Assembly (NCBI RefSeq): GCF_009914755.1
Contig: NC_060926.1
Source: the human T2T-CHM13v2.0 reference genome, Homo sapiens
DNA: 64,000 nt
Reading direction: 5' to 3' (one strand)
Part shown: piece after piece, positions 53,266 through 64,000 of the stretch
Layout: every line of letters starts with the position of its first letter
Position numbering within the stretch: the stretch's first letter is position 1
Position numbers and translations under genes: made by a program
Notes under the pieces: generated by a model
What the model was told of the DNA's origin: nothing
Databases searched by the model: none
The model's input: only the letters and a program-made list of their open reading frames with translations

Positions 53266-55529
53266 CACTCTGTCCTCAAGGGTGAGTCCAAGGCCAGGCG
53301 GCATTCACCACAGGCTAATTGAAGAGCTCTTGGGCCTTAAGGGAACAACAGTGGTAGACTGACAATTACTCCCCATGGGCCTGTGGTGGTGATGGCCCAG
53401 AGTGAGACTCCTCTGCCTTTGGAATTGGAAGGAAGAGGAGGAACAACATCTTGTGGTTTGAGTGCCAGTTCAGCTGTTGTGCAATAGAACACCAGGTAGA
53501 CCTCTAAGGTTTTTCACTCTGGTTCCTGGCTCCCAGATCATACCTCTCGCTCTGCCTAGGGCCTGGTGGATCTCACCAACCTGTAGGGAAGGACACAAGC
53601 CTGGCTGCCTTGGTCACCTGTTGATTGTAGGGCTGCAGGGCCCTGAGTGAACATAGGCAGTAGCCAGGGAGTGGTTACAACAGGTCATAGGTGAGATGTA
53701 GTGCTATGATGGCTTCAGATCTGACACAGCACAGTCATAGTGATGGTGGACACAGGGAAGCTTCTGTCACTCCACTCCCAGCTCCATGTGGCTCAGAACA
53801 GAGAGACTCCAGTTGTTTGGGAGAAAGTAAAAGAAGAGAAGAAGAGTCTCTGCCTGGTGATCCAGAGAATTCTTCTGGTTATTGTCCAAGACCATCAAGG
53901 CGGTACCTCAATGAGTCTGTAAGAACCACAGTGTTACTGGGCTTCAGGTGCCCCATAAAGCAGATACAACTTAGATCACAACACCCACTTCCTTTTGAAT
54001 ATCTGGTAAACCTTTCCAAGAAGGATGTGCACAGAGAAGCCCAGACTGCTAAAACTAAAATAAATATCTAACTCTTCAATGCCCAGACACAGATGAACAT
54101 TGAAAAGTACCAAGACAATCCAACAAAACATGACCTCACCAAATGAACTAAATAAAACACCAAGGACCAATCCTGGAGAGACAAAGATACATGACCTTTC
54201 AGACAGAAAATTAAAATAGCTGTGTTGAGGAAACTCAATGAAATTCAAAATAACACGGAAAAGGAATGTATAATTCCATCAGATAAATTTAGCAGAGATT
54301 GAAATAATGAAAAAGAATCAAGCAGAAATTCTGGAGCTGAAAAATGCAATTGGCTCATGAAAGAAAGTATCAGAGTCTTAATAGCAGAGTTGATGAAGCA
54401 GAAGAAAGATTAATGAGTTTGAAGACAGGATGTTTGAAAATCCAGAGGAGACAAAAAAAAAAAGAATAAAAACCAATAAGTCATGCCTACGAGATCCAGA
54501 AAGCAGCCTCAAAAGGACAAATATAAGAGTTATTTGCCTTAAAAAGATATAGAGAAAGAGATGAGAGTAGAAAGTTTATTCAAAGGGATAATAATGAATA
54601 ACTTCCCAAACTAGAGAAACACATCCATATCCAAGTAAGGGAAGGTTATAGAACACCAAGCAAATCTAATCCAAAGAAGACTGCTTCAAGGCCTTTAATG
54701 ATCAAACTCCCAAAGGTCAAGGATAAAACAAGAATCCTAAAAACAACAAGAGAAAAAAAACAAATAGCATACAATGTAGCTCCAATATGTCTGGCAGCAG
54801 ACTTTTCAGTGGAAACTTTACAGGCCAGGAGAGAGTGGCATGACATATTGAAGATGGTGATGAAGAAAGAAAACAAAACAAAAACTTTTACCCTACATTA
54901 TTGTATATGGTGAAAATATTCTTCAGACATGAAGGAGAAATAAGCACTTTTCCAGATAAAGAAAAGCCAAGTGATTTCACCAACCCAGACCTGTCCTATG
55001 AGATATGCTAAAGGGACTATTGCAACCAAAAAGAAAAGGATGTTAATGAGCAATAAGAAACCTTCTGAAGGACAAAACTCACTGAAGTAAGTATATAGAA
55101 AAACACGGAATATTATAACAATGTAACTGTAATACTATAACACTGTGGTGTGCAAACTAATCTTAAGAAGAAGTACTAAATGATGAACCAATTAAAATGA
55201 TTACAACAACTTTTCAAAACATAGACAGTACAATAAGATATAATTAGAAACAACAAAAAGTTAAAAAGTGGAGAGATGAAGTTAAGGCATAGAGTCTTTA
55301 TTAGTTTTCTTTTTGCTTATTGGTTTATTTAGACAAACATTTTTAAGTTGTTATCAACTTAAAATAATGTGCTATAAAATAGTATTTACAACCCCAATGG
55401 TAACCTAAAACCAAGAATTATACAATAGATACACAAAAAATAAAAAGCAAGAAACAAAATCACATCACCAGAGAAAATTACCTTCACTAAAAGGAAAACA
55501 GGAAGGAAAGAAAAAAGAAAGATAATACC

Positions 55530-55841
<312 letters not shown>

Positions 55842-58800
55842 TTAAAAGAAAGGTAAGACCACAAAACAGCCAGAAAACAAATAACACAATGGTAAGAGTA
55901 AGTCCTTACTAATCAATAATTACATTGAATCATTGAATGTAAATTGACTAAACTCTCCACTCAAAAGACATAGAGTGTCTGAATGGATAAAGAAACAAGA
56001 TCCATTGATCTGTTGCCTACAGAAAACACATTTCACCTATAAAGGCACACATAGATTGAAAATAAAGGGAGGACAAAAGATATTTCATGCCAATGGGAAC
56101 TAAGAAAGAGCAGGAGTAGCTATAATTATGTAAGACAAAATGGATTTCAAGACAAAAACTATAAGAAGAGACAAAGAAGGTCACTCTATAAATGGGTCAA
56201 TTCAGGAAAGGAATATAACAATTTTAAATATATATGCACCCAACACTAGAGTACCCATATATATAAAGCAAATATTATTAGAGCTAATGAGAGATATAGG
56301 CCCCAAAACAATAATAGCTGGAGAATTCAGCATTCCATTTTCAGCATTGGAAAGATCTTCCATAAATAATATCAACAAAAAATTATTGGACTTAATCTGC
56401 ATTATAGACCAATTATATGCCAGTAAATTGAAAAATCTAGAAGACATAGACAAATTCCTGGAGATGCACAACCTACCAGGTTTGAACCCATGAAGAAATG
56501 CAAAACCTGAACAAACTAATAACAAGTAGTAAAACTGAAGCTAGAATAAAAACTCTTCAAGGAAAGAAAAATCCAGGACTCGATAGCTGCACAGCTGAAT
56601 TCTACCAAATATGTAAAGAACAAATACCAATCCTACTCAAACTATTCTGAAAAATAGAGGAGAAGCGAATACTTCCAAACTCAAATCTATGAGACCAGTA
56701 TTACCCTGATACCAAAACCAAAGACATATCAAAAAAACAAAAAAAACTAAAGGCCAATATCTATGATGAATATTGATTCAAAAATCCTCAAGAAAATACT
56801 AGCCAACCAAATTCAACAATAAATTTAAAAGGTTATTTATTATGACCATGTGGGATTTATCCCTGGGATGCAAGCATGATTCAAACATGGACACATGGAA
56901 TCACATCAAGTTAAAAAGCTTCTGCACAGCAAAGGAAGCAATCAACAAAGTGAGGAGACCACACACAGAATGGGAGAAAATATTTGCAAACTATCCATCT
57001 GAAAAGAGATTAATAACCAGAATATACAAGGAGCTCAAACAACTCTATATGAAAAAAGATCTAATAATCTGACTTAAAAATGGGCAAAATATTTGAATAT
57101 ACATTACTCTGAAAAGATATACAAATGGCAAATAGGCATATGAAAAGATGCTGAACATCATTGATCATCAGAGAAATGCAGATCAAAACTACAATGAGAT
57201 ATCCATCTCACTCAAGTTAAAGAGGCTTTTATCCAAATATTAGGCAATAACAAATGCTGGTGAGGATGTAGAGAAAAAGAAACCCTCATACACTGTTGGT
57301 GGGAATGTAACTAGTACAACGAGTATGGAGAACAGTTCAGAGGTTCCGCAAAAACTAAACATTGAGCTGCCATATGATCCAGCAATCCCACTACTGGGTA
57401 TATGCCCAGAAGAAAGAAAATCAGTATATTGAAGAGATATCTGCATTCCCATGTTTGTTGCTGTGGCATTATTCACAAGATCCAAGATTTGGAAGCAACC
57501 TGTGTCCATCAACAGATGAATGGATAAAAAAATGTGGTACATATACACAATGGAATATTATTCAACCATAAAAAGAATGAGATCCTGTCATTTGCAACAA
57601 CACAGATGGAACTGGAGTTCATTATGTTAAGTGAAGTAAGTCAGGCACAGGAAGACAAACATCATATGTTGTCACTTATTTGTGGGATCTAAAAATCAAA
57701 ACGATGGAGCTCATGAACATAGAGAGTAGAAGGAAGGTTGACAGAGGCTGGGAAGTGTAGTGCAGGGCAGGGGAGGGTTGAGGATGGTTAATAGGTACAA
57801 TAAAAATCATAGTTATAAAGAGTGAATAAGACTTACTATATGATAGCACAACAGGGTGACTATAGTTAACAATTTAATTGTACATTTTAAAATAACTAAA
57901 ACAGTATAACTGGATTGTTTATAACACAAAGGATAAATGAGGGAATGGATAACCCATTTATTGTGATGTGATTATTATGTATTGCATGCCTGTATAAAAA
58001 CATCTCATGTGTCCTATAAATATATACACCTAGTAAGCACCCACAACAATTAAAAATTAAAAAAATAAAAATGTAAATAATAATAATATGAGGTGCATGA
58101 AGGGCAATGACTTTCATTTTCTTTTTTATCAAACTAGCTCCAGAACTCAGAACAGTGCCCAAAAGACAGTACATGCTAAAACTATGTGTGCAAGAAATGA
58201 GGGAATTAATAAGTGGAGTGTAACTAATGGCAATTTAATAAGGATTATTCAAATTTGATATTAAAAATAAAGTTAAAGTTAGTAAGATAACTAAGTCTAC
58301 TAGCAAAACGGGCTTGTACACAATTGTAAAGTTTGTACTACAAATGTTCACACAGATGGGCCTTTATTTAAGTTTTGCCGTCATTCATTGTTGCCTCAAT
58401 ATTATTTTTGTTGGTCCCCCAAAAGTAATGTATTTTGAAGTCCTGCTACCTTTGCTATTTAATTACAAATCAGAGTAAGTACAGTGTAACTCTTATCTGT
58501 TTACTTTAATGCAGTCTTTTGTTTGTTTTTGTTTGTTTACAGTACATAGTAACAAATACATCTATAATCTTTAGCTAGTGGTTTTCCATATCCTAGTCTT
58601 TAAGATAAACATGCATTGTAATTCAATATGAATCATTAATATCCTTATTTATAAAGCTATTATAGTCATAATTTTTCAAAAATTGTTGGTATAATGTTTT
58701 AGTTTTCATGTTGAATTTCATTTCCTAATGAAAAAATAGAACACATAGGGAAAATAATTATTTAGTCCTTCTTAAGTGAGTTCTGGTAAATAAAATTGAG

Positions 58801-60297
58801 TTCTGGTTCTATGCCTAGTATTAAATGTTACATTTTAAGAACAATGCTAAAACATGTTAAATAAGGCCTTGGTTGAATTTTGCAGAGGACAGCGAATATG
58901 GAGAAAATATCTCATGAAGATATTCCATGAAAAACAAGTAACGGATAGAGTTCAATTAACAGAAGAGATGCCTTTGAGAGGCTATGGAACTTTTATTCAA
59001 ATAGTCTTGGAGCTTTGTGTGTTAGAAGAATTGGCCTGATACTATTAGTTCCACAAGTAGATCTGTGTTAAAATAAATGTGTAGACATTACCCAATGACA
59101 TATTGTGGTTCAAGGAAAGCATAACTTTCTTACAACTCATTAAATTCACAAATAAAATTTAATATTATATGTAATGTGATGGGTGCACTGTTATCAGAGG
59201 AATTCAAACAGAGCTACCGAGTAAGGCATGGTTAAAGAGAAGAAACAATGATACCTCCTGAAGGTAGTATACTCTGCTACCTCCCACATTAAATTTATGT
59301 CTCCCACCCCCATAAAAATTTGAATTTCTAACCCCTTAAAGTTGAAGAAGGAAGAGGGAAATGAGAGAAAAGCAGAGGGAGACAGCGAGCACTCAAACAA
59401 GCACCTGAGCCTCAGATGCTGATGCTAGTCTGCAGATTACATGAAGAGTTGCTATCTGTGGTCTCTGCTAGCTTTCAACACTCCAGGGAAGTGATATAAT
59501 TTCAGTGTGGAATGGATGGGATGCAAAGTGAGAGGCAGGCTTGAGGGGAGGAGGAAGAATGCTGCCTAGAAGACTAAACCTTACGGCCCAGAATTCTCAG
59601 CCTAGAAAAAGGCTAATATGGATTATTTAACATTGAAACTGAATACCTTGTATCTCAAAGGATCGTGCTGACATGGATAATGATAAGTATGGTATACACT
59701 GACCATATAGAACTGAAGATTACAGAGTCTTTCTATTTTCTATATATTCAATATGTCTCCTGGAGTCATGAAACACAAAAATAAGAATTATTACAATGAA
59801 AGATTGAAGTGATTTGTTCTATCAACTCTTGGAATCAGAAATACTTAGATTTAGAGAGCTAAAATAAATAATTTGTTCATCTCTAGTATATACAACTTTC
59901 AGCAGTAAGATCATGTATATACATTACACACATAGAAAAAATCCATATGTGTATATATATAGAAAATGGCTATAAATATGTAGATCAATTATTCATAAGT
60001 GTGTATGTCTGAATATAAATATTTTTTTCCTGTCATTATGGAGACAGTATGATTCATATATAGTATACATATACATATAAGAACTTAACAATAGCCCTCC
60101 TCATAAGCGGGATTTTGTGGAGAAGTAGAAAGGGAGGACTTTTAATATTTACTATATTCTCCTGTATTGCTTCTAATTTTGCAATAAGCATAATTTTTAT
60201 TAATATTAAATATTTTCAGAACTTCAATAAATAAAATCATTACTTTTTCTATTGTTCCCCTCAACCTCTGCCTTGACTGCTACATTAAGAATAGGGT

Positions 60298-60299
<2 letters not shown>

Positions 60300-60335
<36 letters not shown>
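60300..60335. repeat. (TG)n microsatellite
   Basis: Read directly. Confidence 0.95.
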
Positions 60336-60339
<4 letters not shown>

Positions 60340-60340
<1 letters not shown>

Positions 60341-60415
60341 TTCTTGATATTTCTTCAGAGCCTATAATAGGGCTTCGCATATGACAAGCACTGAATAAAT
60401 ATTGAATGTCTGAAT
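60340..60415 (+). mobile_element. L2 3' terminus
   Basis: cagagcctataatagggcttcgcatatgacaagcactgaataaatattgaatg. Confidence 0.5.
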
Positions 60416-61141
60416 TACCTCTAGATGGATAGTATAACATTCTAAAGGGACAGAATTATGTCATTCACATTTAATGAACATATGGTAATATAATGTCATT
60501 GAAATGGTGAATAGTAATATTTGATGTTTTTATTTTTGATGCTTTATGACATTAAGTTAAATAATCTCTTAAAAGGAAAATAAATATATTTTAAACATTT
60601 CTATCACAATCAATAATAATTAAGGGAAAAAATAGTTCTAACATTTGCAGGGTAATCTTCGTGATGTGGGAATTATGCATAACAGGACTAAGGGCCACAT
60701 AGAGGGCGCTGGGTCTCGTTTTCATGAAGGACATAGCAATGACACTTTTGATATTAATCTCCAACTGAGGTTATTCATAAAGTCAGTATTTTCAATGTGT
60801 TAAAATTATCAACTGACTATCTGTAATCCTTTAAAGCCTAACCTCATTTTGATAAACTTGCTTTGATATTTCATCATTTATAATATATTGGGGCTCTCAA
60901 AATTCAAAATATCCTAGGCCATTTTCAACCTCTGGGATATGTTGATGAAAACATCTGAAAATGCCAGATGCCCTGAGAATTTTTCTTTTTTTAAACCCTT
61001 GTTCTAAAAAGTTATTTATAATAAATTGTGACAAAAATGGGACACAGGCTTTAAGTGTTCATTCCTAATGTGTATTAGCATTTTCTCTATCATATTTTAT
61101 GTAGGGAGCATTAAATTTAGCTTTGTAACTCTAAATTTAAT

Positions 61142-61196
61142 TCTCTCTCTCTCTCCCCAGTTGTGTGTGTGTGTGTGTGTGTGTGTCTGTGTGTGT
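61142..61196. repeat. (TC)n + (TG)n compound microsatellite
   Basis: Read directly. Confidence 0.9.
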
Positions 61197-62165
61197 CTTG
61201 TTTTAGATTTACTAATGATACTGACTAGGGGGAAAATACATGAAAAAAATCCAATTTAACTTATTAGTTCACTGAATGAGCCAGGCACTTTGCCAGGTAT
61301 GCTCATGTTTGTGATTCCATCAATGTTTCACTAAATATTCTATTACACAGGGACTTGAAAATCATTTGTTTAGAAAAATGTTAGCTATTTTGCTGATTTC
61401 CATATTTGGGTTTATGTTATGTCAATCAAAAATAGGAGTAGATTATACTCTGATATTGTTTTTCAACCATAGGAAACAGAAACTTTAGCAAACAAAGAGA
61501 TATAAACAAATCAAAGTTTTAGTTTTTTCCTTATTCAGGCAAGTTGGTAATCTTAACCCATATGAACATTTCTGAACCAAACCACCTCTTGCTGAAATTT
61601 ATTTGTTACTTATTTTTGCCTTATTAGGAACAGAGAGGGACATGTGCTTCCTTAGTCTATCTGCTGACACAGAAATGTTATGAAGTAGGTAGAATTTTTA
61701 ATTAAGGTAGTTTTAGGCTTAGGTTTACAGAGGTAAGTTATGCTGTTTCAGGCAGATACTGTATAGCTTACCTGTACATGTTGGTGTTTCTTCCTTAAAC
61801 ACATTTTCTTATTTGGTACAGCCATATCATTCTTTGGAAAAGGAAAATTCATTATTTGTACGAGACAACTTGGGCACATTTGGGATATTCCCAAAGATAT
61901 CTAATAATAATATGAGTGAATAACTTTATTTAATTAAGCAACAGTAAAATCAAATAGCAATCAATTTGTTCAATGTAACTGTGACAGACTGTGATCTTTC
62001 AGGAAAACAATTGAACTACATCAGATTTTTTAATTAATAGACCACATTTGCTTAATCCATAGATTTTATTTAAAAATTCTCTAAAATATTAAAATAAATA
62101 ATTCTCACAGATTCTGTGATCCAAAAGTCAGTCTAATGAAGAATGTAATATAAAGTGGTTGAATT

Positions 62166-63487
62166 TCTCTGATGATCAGTGATGTTGAGCTTCTTTTCAT
62201 ATGTTTGTTGGCCACATAAATGTCTTCTTTTGAGAAGTGTCTGTTCATATCCTTTGCCCACTTTTTGATGGGGTTGTTTGTTTTTTTTCTTGTAAATTTG
62301 TTTAAGTTCCTTGTAAATTCCATATATTAGACCTTTGTCAGATGGGTAGATTGCAAAAATTTTCTCCCATTCTGTAGGTTTCCTGTTCACTCTGATGATG
62401 GTTTCTTTCGCTGTGCTCTTCAGTTTAATGAGATCTCAGTTTTCCATTGTGGCTTTTGTTGCAATTGCTTTTGGCGTTTTTGTCATGAAGTCTTTGCCCT
62501 TGCCTATGTTCTCAATGGTATTGCCTAGATTTTCTTCTAGGGTTTTTATAGTTTTGATTTTACATTTAAGTATTTAATTCATCTTGAGTTAATTTTTGTA
62601 AAAGGTGCAAGTAAGTGGTCCAGTTTCAGTTTTCTGCCTATGGCTAGCCAGTTTTCCCAGCACCATTTACTGAATAGGAGATCCTTTCCCTGTTGCTTGT
62701 TTTTGTCAGGTTTGTGGAAGATCAGCTGGTTGTAGATATGTGGTGTTATTTCTGAGGTCTCTGTTTAGAGAAATGCAATTCAAAACCACAATGAGATACC
62801 GTGTGACGCCAGTCAGAATGGCAATTATTAAAAAGTCAGGAAACAATAGATGCTGGCAAGGCTGTGGAGAAATAGGAACACTTTTACACTATTGATTGGA
62901 ATGTAAATTAGTTCAACCATTGTGGAAGACAGTATGGTAATTCCTCAAGGATCTAGAACCAGGAATACCATTTGACCCAGCAATCCCATTACGGGGTATA
63001 TATCCAAAGGAATATAAATCATTCTACTATATAGACATGCACATATATGTTTATTGCAGAATTATTTACAATAGCAAAGATGGAACCAGCCCAAATGCCC
63101 ATCAATGATAGACTGGATAAAGGCAATGTGGTACATATATACCATGGAATACTATGCAGCCATGAAAAGAAATGAGATCATGTTCTTTGCAGCTGGAAGC
63201 CATCATCCTCAGCAAACTAACACAGGAATAGAAAACCAAACACCGCATGTTCTCACTCAGAAGTGGGAGTTGAGCAATGGGAACACATGAACATAGAGAG
63301 GGGAACAACACACACCACGGACTGTTGGGGGTAGGGTGCAAGGGGAGGGAACTTAGAGGATGGGTCAATAGGTGCAGCAAACCACCATGGCACACATAGA
63401 CCTATGTAACTAACCTGCACGTTCCGCATATGAATCCCGTTTTTTTTAGAAGAAATAAGAACAAAAATTAAGACTTATATATATATA
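62166..63487 (+). mobile_element. L1PA8/8A-like, 5'-truncated with 5' inversion (inverted part 62166-~62765)
   Basis: Antisense ORF2 ([20 protein letters not shown]) then sense 3' end; TSD ataaa(g/c)tggttgaatt at 62150-62165 and 63488-63503. Confidence 0.92.
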
Positions 63488-63744
63488 ATAAACTGGTTGA
63501 ATTATTAGTGTCATGTAGACATCATTTGGAAGTACAATCACAGGCTGTGGGACACAAACAGAAATTAACAAGGGAAAGTATTTTCACCTCTGTTACCTCC
63601 TTAAGTAGAGATTATTTATTCAGCCAAACACTGGTGCTAGATGCACAAAAACTGTTTATTATGTGTGAGCAGAATAAGCTTCTATCTTTTAGAGTAGAAA
63701 TATATGGATATGCTGCTTTCAAAACGATTTAATTTTTTATATTT

Positions 63745-64000
63745 TGATTTTTTAAACTGAGATAAAATACATCTAACATAAAATTTGAAAATTTAATGAT
63801 TTCAACTGTACCATTCAGTGACATTAATGACAATCACAATGTTGTACAGCCATGACCAGTATCTACTTCCAAAAATTTTCCGTTATCCCAAACAGTTATG
63901 CAGTACTCATTAAGCAACAACTTTCCATTTCTGTCTCCCTCCAGTATCTGCAACCTCTAATCTAGTTTCTATCTCTATGAATTTATAAATATTTTATATA
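63745..64000 (-). mobile_element. L1MB-type 3' end
   Basis: ctgtaccattcagtgacatta...cacaatgttgtacagccatgacc...ctctaatctagtttctatctctatgaattt. Confidence 0.75.

Noticed and set aside
53691-54071. 126-aa ORF
   Set aside because: Lies in the L1MA 5'UTR, has a non-ATG start and shows no recognisable domain.
58777-58808. Short direct repeat tgagttctggt x2, and similar micro-duplications at ~6265, ~46330 and ~51925
   Set aside because: Ordinary slippage-scale duplications with no further structure.

Overview
AT-rich, L1-dense, Alu-poor primate DNA, almost certainly human. I find no protein-coding gene. The ORFs in the track with recognisable protein similarity are remnants of L1 ORF1/ORF2 or Tigger1 transposase; the rest are repeat antisense frames or chance AT-rich ORFs. 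Roughly two thirds of the window is recognisable transposon sequence: L1PA/PB/MA/MC/MD, L2, MIR, three Alus, MaLR/ERVL/ERV1 solo LTRs, full-length Tigger1, a Zaphod-type hAT, MER5 and MADE1. Many are deeply nested, with readable target-site duplications (TSDs). The one named gene-like feature is a MADE1-derived hairpin at 45425-45494 that matches my recollection of hsa-mir-548ae-1, which would place the window in the chr2q32.1 gene desert near ZNF804A (needs BLAT confirmation). I see no evidence for a novel multi-gene system. The most interesting signals are DNA-repair and retrotransposition scars: a 90-bp inverted local copy sealing an L1 deletion, an exact 36-bp copy from an LTR 2 kb away, two twin-primed L1s, tail-less L1 fragments, a perfect 20-bp hairpin and a minisatellite built of palindromes. 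Repeat subfamily names come from remembered consensus sequences, and old-element boundaries are approximate.
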